Below, piece by piece: positions 19,010 through 28,562 of a DNA stretch of 64,000 nucleotides; within the stretch, counting starts at the first letter, position 1; each line of letters starts with the position of its first letter. Source of the stretch: an uncultured virus (IMG/VR IMGVR_UViG_2061766007_000922). Taxonomy: Duplodnaviria; Heunggongvirae; Uroviricota; Caudoviricetes. Location: the IMG/VR virus record IMGVR_UViG_2061766007_000922; one strand, given 5' to 3'. The notes beneath the pieces are model-generated. The model did not search any database. It saw only the letters and a list, made by a program, of their open reading frames with translations, and was not told the DNA's origin. Position numbers and translations under genes: made by a program.

Positions 19010-20227
19010 TTAGCGGCTTGCCCTTTCGCACTGGGCATATTGTGCGCAGTTGCAGCACTTGCGGCTTGTGGAAAAGTCCCTGCCGAACTGCAACCCGGCG
19101 TGGCAACCGCCTTGAGCCGGGGCGGCTGCGGGCTGCGGCTGCTCGCTGGGGAACGTGCGCTGCGGTTGCTGCGAATACGGGTCGCGGGCAAAGTCTTCTT
19201 CCGTGAGCGGACCGCCCGGAGCGGCGGGGCTGCTGCGGAAGCCCGTGGGAGCCTGCTGCGGCTGCGGTGTCGGAGGCGGCGCGGCCTGGAAGCCAGCGGG
19301 CTGCGGCTGGGCGTAGTGCGTGGCGGGCTGCGCGGCCTGGCGGAAGCCGCCCTGCTGCCCCTGCAAGGATTGTTCGCAGGCGCGTTCAAATTCTTCCTGC
19401 CTTTGCTCCTCGGTGTATGCCTGCGCGGGCGCCTGGGTGGCAGCGGGTGCGCCGGAGTTGTACGGGTCGGGCTCGCCGCCGTTCATGACGCGCTCCATTT
19501 CTTCGTAGGTGCCAAAGTTCAAAACTTCATTCCAGGGCACGCAGCGGTCGTAAAGTTCGTCCGCCGGGAGTTCCCTGCGCGGGAAAAAGTTCACGGCGCT
19601 GGCGGAATAGTATTCGTGCCCGCCGAAGGTGTCCTTTGCGGTGTTCACCTTCACAATTCGCCCGTCCTCGTTGGGGCTTGCAAAAGGAATCGGCAGGTTG
19701 CCTTCGCTCATTGCGGTGGCCTGCGCCATCAAGCGCTGGGGGAACGCGGCTTCGCCCTTCTGCTTGGCGGCGCATTCATGCAGCAAAATGTCGCTGGTGT
19801 TTTCCGGGTTCATGTAGTAAAGGACGCGGTCCTTGGGAATGAACGGCTTGATGCGGTCCCAGTTTTCGCCGCCCTTGCTGCCGTCGTCCAGTTGTTCCTT
19901 GCGTTCGCAGCACGGGCACGGCTTGCCGATAATCTTGAGGCAAGGGTACTGGTGCGGGTGCTTGGGGTCTGCCAGGTTGGGCAATTCGTGAACGGGAACC
20001 GCCTTGTAAAACTTGTATCCGGTATCGTCCGGGTCGGTTGCGTTGTTTTTTGCCAGGAGGATGTTGAAGCGCTCTTCCTTTTCGGTCCACTTGTGCCCCT
20101 TAATGCCACGGGGAAGGTGGAAGTAGGAACGCGAGCGGTTGTTGCTTTCGCTGGCTTCGCCACGGCTAACGGCTGCGGCGTGGGAGAACTGGTTGCCGAG
20201 GTTTACCCCGGAGCGGTTAAATGCCAT
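19010..20227 (-). CDS. gp32-like single-stranded DNA-binding protein with Gln/Pro/Ala tail and Cys-rich end
   Basis: H..CLKIIGKPCPCCE Zn motif; adjacent to recombinase; strong RBS. Confidence 0.65.
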   Translation of the reverse strand: MAFNRSGVNLGNQFSHAAAVSRGEASESNNRSRSYFHLPRGIKGHKWTEKEERFNILLAKNNATDPDDTGYKFYKAVPVHELPNLADPKHPHQYPCLKIIGKPCPCCERKEQLDDGSKGGENWDRIKPFIPKDRVLYYMNPENTSDILLHECAAKQKGEAAFPQRLMAQATAMSEGNLPIPFASPNEDGRIVKVNTAKDTFGGHEYYSASAVNFFPRRELPADELYDRCVPWNEVLNFGTYEEMERVMNGGEPDPYNSGAPAATQAPAQAYTEEQRQEEFERACEQSLQGQQGGFRQAAQPATHYAQPQPAGFQAAPPPTPQPQQAPTGFRSSPAAPGGPLTEEDFARDPYSQQPQRTFPSEQPQPAAAPAQGGCHAGLQFGRDFSTSRKCCNCAQYAQCERASR

Positions 20228-20334
20228 AGTAGGCTCCTTTTGTTGGTCTAGTCTAGGATTTGGTTTAGGTCTAGGTTAAAGTAAAAAGCACACCGGAACT
20301 TCCGGCGTGCTATATTATAGCAAAACGTGCGCAA

Positions 20335-20808
20335 CTACTTTTTCATGCTTTCCTGGGTGGCGCGTTCAACGGCTTCCGTTTGGGTTTCCAGTTTGGTGTC
20401 CGGTGCGCAGTCGCCCGAAATCATTGTGAACTTGGAAAGCACCAGGGCGCGTTCGTTTTCAATGCTGTCGCGCTTGTGGCGCATGGCTTCAACGGCGCTT
20501 TTAAGTTGCCCCAGGTATTCTTCCGCGTCCAAAATTTGCGCCTTAATTGCACGCAGTTCCGGGTCGGTTTCAATTTGGCAGTCCACTTCGTCCTGCACCA
20601 TTTTGATTTTTGCGGCTGCGGCGTTTGCGCGAATTTCAATCTTGCGCTGCGCGGTCTTGTAGGAAAGTTCGTTCTTAAGCCTTGCAACCACGCTTTCCTG
20701 GCGTGCGGCTTCCCCGGCATAGTGCTCAAAAAGGCTGGCCTGGGTAAGCACCGCGTCTTCCAGGTGCGTGCGGCTTAACTGGAAATGTTCCGCTTTAACT
20801 TCAATCAT
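20335..20808 (-). CDS. UvsY-like recombination mediator
   Basis: Helical protein LEDAVLTQASLF..AVEAMRHKRDSIE next to SSB and RecA. Confidence 0.55.
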   Translation of the reverse strand: MIEVKAEHFQLSRTHLEDAVLTQASLFEHYAGEAARQESVVARLKNELSYKTAQRKIEIRANAAAAKIKMVQDEVDCQIETDPELRAIKAQILDAEEYLGQLKSAVEAMRHKRDSIENERALVLSKFTMISGDCAPDTKLETQTEAVERATQESMKK

Positions 20809-20818
20809 GGGGAACCCC

Positions 20819-21094
20819 CTATTCGTCCAGCGCGGCCTTGATGCGGATGTTGAGGTGGAACTTGTAGTTGCACATTGCCTCCAACTGCTCGGCAATCGTT
20901 TTCTTGTCCGCAGCGTTGGGCGTTGCCTTGTATTCCTGCTCGGCTTCGGCAATGCGGTCGCAAAGGAAGTCGCGCTCCTTTGCAAGTTTGACCACGCGCT
21001 CGCCGTTGGTGGGTGCGGACTTCAACGAATCAAAAAATTCGGCGATGGACTTTGGGGCGTCCGGGTTCTTTTTTGTGGTTTTCTTTGTTGCCAT
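20819..21094 (-). CDS. Hypothetical protein (crAss001_48-like pattern)
   Basis: ERDFLCDRI..EQLEAMCNY..LNIRI. Confidence 0.45.
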   Translation of the reverse strand: MATKKTTKKNPDAPKSIAEFFDSLKSAPTNGERVVKLAKERDFLCDRIAEAEQEYKATPNAADKKTIAEQLEAMCNYKFHLNIRIKAALDE

Positions 21095-21264
21095 GTTGTT
21101 TTTCCTTTTTGGTTTATTGTGAATTTTCGTTTTTGGGCTTACGCGGCTTGTACGGTCCGCGCTTTTTGTGTCTGCGGTAGTATGTGCGCTCCTCGTGGCT
21201 TGGGTGTATATGCCGAACGGAAACCGGGGCGCCCTTTAGCGCTTCAAGCATTTGGCGCACTGGT

Positions 21265-21630
21265 TCAAGCGGTTGCGACCTTTTCACCAAACGCCTCCAG
21301 CAACCTGGCTTCCGCGAAGTGAACCGCGCCGGGCAGGTGCAGGCTTGCAACCATGCGGCAAAGTTCGGGGGAAAGCCTGGTTTTAAGTCCGGGCTGCTCC
21401 AGGTACCGCTTCAAGTACCTTTCCAGGCGGTCAATGTACTCTTCGTCCACCAGGGGCAGGAAGCCGCGTTGCTTGTATGCCTTAATGGTTTCGCAAAGGA
21501 GCCGCTTGTATGCCGGGCGGTCTTCTTCCTTGCCTTCGCCCGCCGCGTACCTAAAAAGCAGCGCCTGGGCGTGCGGCATAAGCGATTCCAAAAGGAAGGC
21601 GTCAAGGGTGTACGGCTTCTCGGTTTTCAC
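21265..21630 (-). CDS. Hypothetical protein
   Basis: Overlapping start/stop with neighbour. Confidence 0.5.
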   Translation of the reverse strand: MKTEKPYTLDAFLLESLMPHAQALLFRYAAGEGKEEDRPAYKRLLCETIKAYKQRGFLPLVDEEYIDRLERYLKRYLEQPGLKTRLSPELCRMVASLHLPGAVHFAEARLLEAFGEKVATA

Positions 21631-21857
21631 GGCACCACCCCGGCGCTAATGCCAAATTCCGAAACCAGGATTTCGGAAATCCGTTCCTTAAGCCTATCAA
21701 CTTCCCCGGCGCTTGGCTTGTGCCCGGTGTAGTTTTCCAGGAGGCGTTCGGCAGCATCTTCCGCGTCCAGCGGCGCGGTGTCGCAGTCGGGAGCGGTGTC
21801 GCAGTCGGGATAAAATACGTGTCCACACGCGGGGCACTCAATTTCTTCGTCGGGCAT
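21627..21857 (-). CDS. Small hypothetical protein with CPACG motif
   Basis: RBS aaggag; follows promoter at 21951. Confidence 0.55.
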   Translation of the reverse strand: MPDEEIECPACGHVFYPDCDTAPDCDTAPLDAEDAAERLLENYTGHKPSAGEVDRLKERISEILVSEFGISAGVVP

Positions 21858-21967
21858 TTTTCAACTCCTTGTAAATAGTAGCCCGCCGGGGTTGTGTTAT
21901 GGCGTTAGTTTGTGTGTCAAACTAGCATGAAGAACCCGGCGGGCTGGTTTATTATAGCAAAGTGCGT

Positions 21968-22312
21968 TTAATCGCAAAGCGCCATCATGCGCAGGGCAAC
22001 GGCGGCAACCTGGGCGAGTTCCTGCTTGCAGTGCTTCTTATCGCCTTCCAGCCACGCCGTGCGTGCTTCCGCAAGTTCTTCCAGCAGAATGCGGTCGGCA
22101 AAGAACGGGGCTTCCTCGTTCTTGCGCTTAAGAACGCGCTCGTCATACCTTGCATGAATTAGTGTTTGCTGCGTAAACTTGTCGCAGAACTTTGGGTGCT
22201 TTTCAAACGCCAGGCGCAATTCGTCCAGCACCATTTCCACGCTTTTGTCCACCCCTAAAAATTCGTTCTTTACAAAAATTTCCGGCATTCCGTTTCCCTC
22301 CGCTTGGTTCAT
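21968..22312 (-). CDS. MazG-like all-alpha NTP pyrophosphatase-like protein
   Basis: ILLEELAEA..ELAQVAAVALRMM. Confidence 0.5.
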   Translation of the reverse strand: MNQAEGNGMPEIFVKNEFLGVDKSVEMVLDELRLAFEKHPKFCDKFTQQTLIHARYDERVLKRKNEEAPFFADRILLEELAEARTAWLEGDKKHCKQELAQVAAVALRMMALCD

Positions 22313-22638
22313 TCGTTTAACTTTTTGAATGCGCATTTCGCGCAGTATGCCCTTCGCGATACCATGAACTGGTCCGGGAAAAATACCGGGCTTGTGGTTT
22401 TGCCGCCGCACTGCGTGCAGGTGTAGAGCAAATCCTTAATTTTATGCGTTGGGGCTGGGCTTTCAATTTTCACACTTGTCATGGACGAAACGTGTTCAAC
22501 GCAGTAGTCAAAGCCGTCCTGCAAGCCCAAAAGGTAGGCCTTAATATATCCAAGTTTTTGCTCGGCGTTTTCCCAACCTTCCTTTTTGTCAATAACTTCC
22601 ACCAACTTGGCGGCAAGTTCCTTCACCTTGTTTTCCAT
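22309..22638 (-). CDS. Hypothetical protein with C-terminal zinc ribbon
   Basis: CTQCG..YCAKC. Confidence 0.55.
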   Translation of the reverse strand: MENKVKELAAKLVEVIDKKEGWENAEQKLGYIKAYLLGLQDGFDYCVEHVSSMTSVKIESPAPTHKIKDLLYTCTQCGGKTTSPVFFPDQFMVSRRAYCAKCAFKKLNE

Positions 22639-22639
22639 T

Positions 22640-22798
22640 TTAGCACCCCTTTATTAGTTTATACAAAAACAGACAAATGGAACCGACCCAAACAACAAAG
22701 GCGCAAAAGCCCATTATTGAAAAGGCTATTGCAATAAACCAAAGCCAGGCGTCTTCCAGCGCCCCGGCCTTCATTTTTAACTTGTGCAAAATTCCCAT
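22640..22798 (-). CDS. Small membrane protein (52 aa)
   Basis: Long hydrophobic stretch; stop abuts the next ATG. Confidence 0.4.
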   Translation of the reverse strand: MGILHKLKMKAGALEDAWLWFIAIAFSIMGFCAFVVWVGSICLFLYKLIKGC

Positions 22799-22870
22799 TT
22801 TTGGCTTCCTTTGAATTGCAGGGTTCTTTTTCGCGTCGCGGCCTGCACGGCGCGAAGAGGAAACCTGCCC

Positions 22871-22921
22871 CTACTTTTTGGGCGGCTTCTTGGTGCTGGG
22901 TGTTTTTGTTCCGCAGGCCAT
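22871..22921 (-). CDS. 16-aa basic micropeptide MACGTKTPSTKKPPKK
   Basis: Strong RBS aaaggagcaagac. Confidence 0.4.
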   Translation of the reverse strand: MACGTKTPSTKKPPKK

Positions 22922-22951
22922 GTCTTGCTCCTTTGTTTGTGGTTTAACGTG

Positions 22952-23467
22952 TTAAAGTTTTTCGCGCCTTGCCCATTCTGCAATCAAAAGTGCGTCCGCG
23001 TCTTTGTGCTTGCGAATGATTTGTTCGGTTGGTCCGCCGGGGTAAAGGCGGCAACCGATGTCAAGGCTTGCCTTCTTAAGTTCGTCGCCCTTGCAGCCGT
23101 GCGGCAAAAGCGCCTTTTGCCATGCGCGGCTGTCCACGTACATTCGCGGCAACCCCAGCCGTTCAATCACGCAAAGTGTGGCTTCCAGGCTGCGGGCTGC
23201 GCTTACGCTTGCGACGAAGCGCATGGGGTTAATCATGGGACGTTCAATTACTACCAGGCACTCCGCCGGGTTGCCAGTTCCAACCACGTCCGCCAGCAGC
23301 GCCTCCAGCCTGGGGGCGTCTATGCGGGTGATGTTTTTCTTTTCCCTGGTATAACTTTGTTCGCTTTTTACCGGGGTTTCCCAAATGCCGGGGCAAAGGT
23401 TTTCACCGACCCAACCAATAGTTCCGGTCACGCCGTTGTCAATTCCGATGTAAATTTTGTGAGCCAT
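22952..23467 (-). CDS. RuvC-like Holliday junction resolvase
   Basis: IYIGIDNG, VIERP, WQK, DADALLIAE. Confidence 0.75.
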   Translation of the reverse strand: MAHKIYIGIDNGVTGTIGWVGENLCPGIWETPVKSEQSYTREKKNITRIDAPRLEALLADVVGTGNPAECLVVIERPMINPMRFVASVSAARSLEATLCVIERLGLPRMYVDSRAWQKALLPHGCKGDELKKASLDIGCRLYPGGPTEQIIRKHKDADALLIAEWARREKL

Positions 23468-23469
23468 TT

Positions 23470-24342
23470 TTACTTCTTGAAAACTAAAATGTTTTGATGC
23501 AGTTTGACAAGTTTTTGGTTGTACATATTCCGCCGGGCACGAATTGCCGCAGTTCCGACCGAGTTCAAAAGAACGGCCTCGTTGTAGTAGTGCATTCCGG
23601 TTTCCATGAAGGCCTTAATTGTGTCCGGCACAAAACCAATATAATTCCCATTCTTGTCGCGTACTTCGCCAACCACAAAGCAGGCAAGCGCACCGGGCTT
23701 CAACTTGGCGCAGGCCTTTTTAATGATACTTCGGTACGCCTGCAAAAATTCCGGGTAAGGCATATTTGAAATGTCGCCTTCCAGTTCGCTATACACTTCT
23801 AGGTCTGCATAGGGCGGGCAACTGAACACAAAATCAAAACCGCCGTCAACCCCATCCAGCACCTTGTCGCTGTCACCACAAATCCACTCGGGCATGGTTC
23901 CACGTTTACAAATTTCCGCAGCCTGCTCGCGGTTGCTTTCCACCTGCTCCGGGCGAATGTCAATTCCGGTGTACTTAAAACCCAGGTGGCTGGCAACTAT
24001 GCCTCGCACGCTGCCACCAGCAAACGGGTCAAGGATTTTGCCGCCTTCCGGGCAGAACCACTTATAAAGAACTTCGCAAAGTGCAGGGTCAAAAATGGAA
24101 ATTCCTTCGTTGATGTCACCGTTTTTAATGCCGTACTTTTCGCCGAAACTGGTGTGCATACACTTGGCGTCGCGCCCAGCTTCGCTCTTTATGCCAAGCG
24201 TTTTCCAAAGGTTTGCGCGGTCGCGCCAGGAGCCGCTTTTTGTGTCAAGCACGCTAAACGGGGGCTCAATGAAATCGTCGCGCAGAATTGCGTCGGCTTC
24301 AATGGGGTTTCCAAAAACATCGTATTCTTCAAATTTTGCCAT
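23470..24342 (-). CDS. SAM-dependent amino-DNA-methyltransferase-like protein
   Basis: PPFSVLD, SIFDPALCE, LDPFAGGSVRG (motif I), FSCPPY (motif IV). Confidence 0.8.
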   Translation of the reverse strand: MAKFEEYDVFGNPIEADAILRDDFIEPPFSVLDTKSGSWRDRANLWKTLGIKSEAGRDAKCMHTSFGEKYGIKNGDINEGISIFDPALCEVLYKWFCPEGGKILDPFAGGSVRGIVASHLGFKYTGIDIRPEQVESNREQAAEICKRGTMPEWICGDSDKVLDGVDGGFDFVFSCPPYADLEVYSELEGDISNMPYPEFLQAYRSIIKKACAKLKPGALACFVVGEVRDKNGNYIGFVPDTIKAFMETGMHYYNEAVLLNSVGTAAIRARRNMYNQKLVKLHQNILVFKK

Positions 24343-24378
24343 GGGTTGTTCCTTTTTTTGTTTCCATATTATAGCAAA

Positions 24379-26100
24379 CTACAAACGCAAGCCCCTCCTG
24401 GCGGCAATGGTTGCAATTAGGTCAAGGTCGGAAGCCTGCTTGCCATCAAGCACGCTGGCAAGCACCTTTTTCTTTTCGTCCAAGGCTTCCGCCATGTCTT
24501 CGTCTATTGTGCCGCTGGCGATAAGGTAGTAAACGGACACCGGGCGTTCCTGCCCGCCCCGGTGCAGGCGGTCTTCGGCCTGCTCCATGTCGGTGGACGT
24601 TTCGGCAAATTCCGCGAAGGCCACGTTGCAGCAAACATTTTGAAAGCCGTCAATGCCCGTCCCGCCGCTTTGAATGTTGCACACCATAAGGCGGCATTCC
24701 GGGTCGCCCATGAACCGCTCCTTTTCCCTTTCGCGCTGCTGCAAGGCCACTCCGCCGTAAATTTTGGCGGGTTTAAATTCTGCAAGTTCCTCGCAAAGGC
24801 GGTCAACGACATCGCGGTGCCATGCAAAAAGCAAAAGTTTTTCTTCGCCTTCCATGAAGCAGCGCACCCAGTTCAAAAGCGCCTTTTCCTTCACCATATA
24901 GGCGGTGCGGGTAAGGTTTGCCAGGCGTTCGCGTGCTTCAATGCCCTGCAAGTCCGCAATGGAACTTTCCTCGCTTTCGTATTCCGCAAGGGCGCCCGCG
25001 TCGGCTTCAAGCGGAACAACGTCCAAAATTTTGGGCGGCAAGTCCTTCATCACGTCTTCCTTTGTGCGGCGCAGCATAACTGAAACAAGTTTTGCGTGCA
25101 GTTCCCGCACGTTCCTGGCGCCGTTGAACTGGATGCCCCACTGCGTTGCGGTTGGCCTTGTGTAGCGCCACAAATACGCCTTATAGGTCGGGAACATTTG
25201 CGGCTCCACGCAGGAAACCATTGTCCAAAACTGCGCAGGCCGCGAACGCGCCGGGGTGCCGCTCATAACTATGCACTCGGGTATCACGGCGGCAAGGTGT
25301 CGGAACGCCAGCGCCCTTTTTGTTTCCGGGTTTCCTATGGCCTGGGCTTCGTCGCCAATAATGCACTCAAAGCCGTGTTCCGCAAGCGCGTCCTGCCAGT
25401 AGGTAAGAATGTCCCAGTTTATAATGTAGGAACACCCGCGTTCCAGCCTGCGCGTGCGGGTTCCGTAAAGTATTTGAACGCGGGTGTCGCAGCCCGGCAC
25501 CTGCGAAAGCCAGCGCCGATATTCCCTTTGCCATTGAAGTTTCGTGGGCGCGTTCACTACAATCAACGCCGGGAAGGATTTGTTGTACGCAAGCCACGCA
25601 AGCGATTGAAGGGTTTTGCCCGTTCCCATGCCGTCCCCAAGCGCGACGCGCCCGTTGCGCATTGCCGCGAACTTGACAAAGTCCACCTGGTAGGGGCGCA
25701 GGCCGGGAACCAAATCGCGGCTTTCGTCAAGCGCATAGGCCGCAATGGCTTCGCGCTGGGCAACCACCGGGTCAACGTCCGGCACCTCTTCCGGCTTCGC
25801 CATATATTCGGCGTACTTTTTGGGAACCGGAATGGAGCCGAACGCCTGCATGGGGTCGGCCTTCACAAGCGACTTTTTGGTTGCCCGCCAGCCGCTTTGT
25901 GCCAGGCTTTCAATGTTTTCCTGGGTTGCCGGAATGTACCATTTTTTGGTCTCCGCATCAAACACGCGGCGGGGTATTTGGCGCACCAGGGCAAGCATCC
26001 TCGCCCACCCGCCACGGTCGCGGCAGAACCACGAAAGTTCAATGGTGCCGTCTTCCAGCACCGAGTAGGAACCATAACAATTCGGAAGGCGCAGGTTCAA
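24379..26100 (-). CDS. SNF2-family (SMARCAL1/HARP-like) helicase
   Basis: LRPYQ, DGMGTGKT, DEAQ, MSGTP, MLRRTKEDV, QAEDRLHRGGQ. Confidence 0.85.
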   Translation of the reverse strand: MNLRLPNCYGSYSVLEDGTIELSWFCRDRGGWARMLALVRQIPRRVFDAETKKWYIPATQENIESLAQSGWRATKKSLVKADPMQAFGSIPVPKKYAEYMAKPEEVPDVDPVVAQREAIAAYALDESRDLVPGLRPYQVDFVKFAAMRNGRVALGDGMGTGKTLQSLAWLAYNKSFPALIVVNAPTKLQWQREYRRWLSQVPGCDTRVQILYGTRTRRLERGCSYIINWDILTYWQDALAEHGFECIIGDEAQAIGNPETKRALAFRHLAAVIPECIVMSGTPARSRPAQFWTMVSCVEPQMFPTYKAYLWRYTRPTATQWGIQFNGARNVRELHAKLVSVMLRRTKEDVMKDLPPKILDVVPLEADAGALAEYESEESSIADLQGIEARERLANLTRTAYMVKEKALLNWVRCFMEGEEKLLLFAWHRDVVDRLCEELAEFKPAKIYGGVALQQREREKERFMGDPECRLMVCNIQSGGTGIDGFQNVCCNVAFAEFAETSTDMEQAEDRLHRGGQERPVSVYYLIASGTIDEDMAEALDEKKKVLASVLDGKQASDLDLIATIAARRGLRL

Positions 26101-27008
26101 AGCAGCACCCCGTGAACGTTTTTAAACCAATCCTTCAGGACGCACCACTTGGCCGTCCACGGACCAACAAACGCCGGACCAACGCACCCGGTTTCCTCGT
26201 TGCACTGCGCAACCCCTTCCAGCATTGCCTGGAAGGATGAAAGGCGGTAGTTGTTCTCGGTGCAGCGTGCCGCCAGCGCGGCGGCGTTTTCCGCGTGCCA
26301 GCGCTTAAGGTCGGAAACGCCCTTGTAAAACTTGAGCATGGTTGCAAAATCCTTCTGCCACCACACCCGTTCAAGTATGCGGTCAAGTATTTTGCAAACG
26401 CCCGGACCCAGCGCGTTGCGGTACATTTTGGGCGTTGCGCAATCGCCGCAGGCAATTTCCAAGAACGGGCTCCACCAGCCGCCGTTCTTCATGGTCACCG
26501 CCAGGAAACTTGCAAGGCTAACCTTTTCCGCCCTGCCGTTGCGTTTCGCCGGGTACCAGTAGCCGTAATTTTGGCGTTCTTCAACGTACCCAAGCACGTC
26601 GTCAATTCGGGCAATAAGTTCTTCGCGTGCTCCGAACCTTACGTCCTGCACCGGGCTGGACGCCGAAACGCGGCTCCACCAGTTTTTATCCCAGGCGTAT
26701 GCGTAAAGGAACTCCCCGGCTTCAAGTTGGGCGAGCCGCAGGAAGGTAGCTTCCATTGTTTTGGTGCCCCGGCGGGTCACGCTTAAAATTTTCTTGTGCC
26801 TTTCCATAAGGGAAAGCACCGGGTCAAGTTCTTCGGCCTGCCCCGGTACGTGGCTCCCGTCAAACAGTTCATCGCAGGCGCATTCCGGCGCCGCTGGCGG
26901 GGTTTTGCGTGCCGACCGTGTAGTTATTACCCCAAACCCGTTTTCGGGCTTGTCGTGCGCGGACGGCGTGAACGTGGTTGTTTCTTCCGGGTTTGCAAAT
27001 GCTAACAT
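26097..27008 (-). CDS. Hypothetical protein
   Basis: 303 aa; own TGCTATAAT promoter and RBS. Confidence 0.65.
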   Translation of the reverse strand: MLAFANPEETTTFTPSAHDKPENGFGVITTRSARKTPPAAPECACDELFDGSHVPGQAEELDPVLSLMERHKKILSVTRRGTKTMEATFLRLAQLEAGEFLYAYAWDKNWWSRVSASSPVQDVRFGAREELIARIDDVLGYVEERQNYGYWYPAKRNGRAEKVSLASFLAVTMKNGGWWSPFLEIACGDCATPKMYRNALGPGVCKILDRILERVWWQKDFATMLKFYKGVSDLKRWHAENAAALAARCTENNYRLSSFQAMLEGVAQCNEETGCVGPAFVGPWTAKWCVLKDWFKNVHGVLL

Positions 27009-27038
27009 GGTAATTTCCTCGGAACATTATAGCAAAAA

Positions 27039-27386
27039 CTACACCCGCAGCGCCTTCCGCTGCCGTTCCACCGGGTCAAAGGCAATGGCCTCAAGTTCGC
27101 GCAGGTGCCCGCTTTCCTTTCCGTATTCGCCCGGCGCGGGTTCCTTGTTTTTTCCCCGGTACGAATAGTCCAGCCATTTCACCAGCACGCGCCACCCGCG
27201 CCCCTGCATTTCCCTAATGACGAGCGAATGGTACCAAACCAGGCAACCCCAGGAAAGGTTATAGTACCAAGTTTTTGCCGTTGGCTTTCCCCACGGGCGG
27301 GAACGCACGCGGCAAAGCGAGGCGTGCAGGGTTGAAAGTTTTTTGTCGGGGAGTTCTTGTAAAAGTGCAGGGTGCCAAAGCCTCAT
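27039..27386 (-). CDS. Pyrimidine-dimer glycosylase/endonuclease V-like protein (TIGR02328-like), catalytic Glu position substituted
   Basis: MRLWHPALLQELP..PWGK..YHSLVIREMQGRGW..WLDYSYRG; own RBS aaaggagg, although in frame with the upstream ORF. Confidence 0.65.
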   Translation of the reverse strand: MRLWHPALLQELPDKKLSTLHASLCRVRSRPWGKPTAKTWYYNLSWGCLVWYHSLVIREMQGRGWRVLVKWLDYSYRGKNKEPAPGEYGKESGHLRELEAIAFDPVERQRKALRV

Positions 27387-28562
27387 TTCCGGCCTCCTTT
27401 GTTGCATATCAAACCGGTCTCGCCATACGTTCCAGCAGGGAAAGGTTGGTTGGTTTGTTGCCCCGCATTGGTTGCCCGGTAATTGTTGCACATCAAAATG
27501 CAATTTATAACTATGTCTTCTTTTACCATTTGCAGTTTGTTCTGCAACAATTATTTTTTCCGAATTTTGCGTTGTTTCGGCGGGTTTTGCGGGTTTCCGC
27601 CCGCGTTTTGGCTCCGGGCAGGCTTCAAAAAGTTCCTTGTGGCGGCTTTTGAAGCAGGTTTCCGCCCTGGTAAGGGCTTCTCCGCGCAGCAACTTTTCCC
27701 GCAGCGCCTGCGCCCGGTTCATGGTGCTTTCAAACGTCCCGCGTTCCCTGGCTTCCCGGCGTATTTCCGAAAGTTCTTCCTTTTGCCACGGACTAATCAC
27801 CACCTCGCCCGTTTCGGCGTCGTAGTACCTGCAAAGGAGTTTCAAAATGGCGCCCGCAGCGCCCTGCTTTAGACGGTCGTTCGCTCCAATCCAGCGCCAA
27901 ACGAACGCTTCCTGCTCGCCCCTTGTGGGGAGTTCCGCAATGCCCGCGTCCACAATTTGCTGGGCAATTTCGCGCCGCGCCTTCCGGTCGCTCCACCCCC
28001 TGCGCCTGCTGCGGCAATCGTAGCCCGGCATATTTACAACAATTCGCTCCGCAGCCCCAAGGCCTGCCCGGTTTAGCGGGCGCCAGGTTGCCCCGAGGTG
28101 GTTTTTAACAACCCCGAAGAAGTCCTGGGCAAGCGTGCCGATTTTCCTTATGGTTTCCCGGTCGTTTAGGTTGGAGTAGTGTTCAAGTTCGTCCTCCACC
28201 CGCAGCCGCACGGCGTCCCGGTTTAGCAGGCGCCCGGTCACAAATTCCGCAAGCAAGCCCTGCCAAACGCAGGAACGCACCAGTTTCATCATCGCCAGGT
28301 GGCTGAACCTGCACACCTGCAACTTTCCGTCCGTTTTCTTGAACCAGTGCTTGAAGTAGCAGGTATATTCGTCGTGTTCCGTGCGGACCCCTTCGTGCCA
28401 TAACTGGGTCGTGCAGGGCGATTTTTCAAGCCCGTTTTCGTCCCAACTTGCAACGACTTCGTCGCACTTTAGCGTCCTTTTAAGTTCTTCAACGCGGAAG
28501 CGCAGCCGCTCCGCCGCTTCCTGCCACAACTGGGCGGAAACGCAAGTAATCAAGGCCTTCAT
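27387..28562 (-). CDS. Hypothetical (possibly replication-related) protein, in frame with the downstream endoV-like gene
   Basis: Long ORF, first gene of the leftward arm. Confidence 0.5.
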
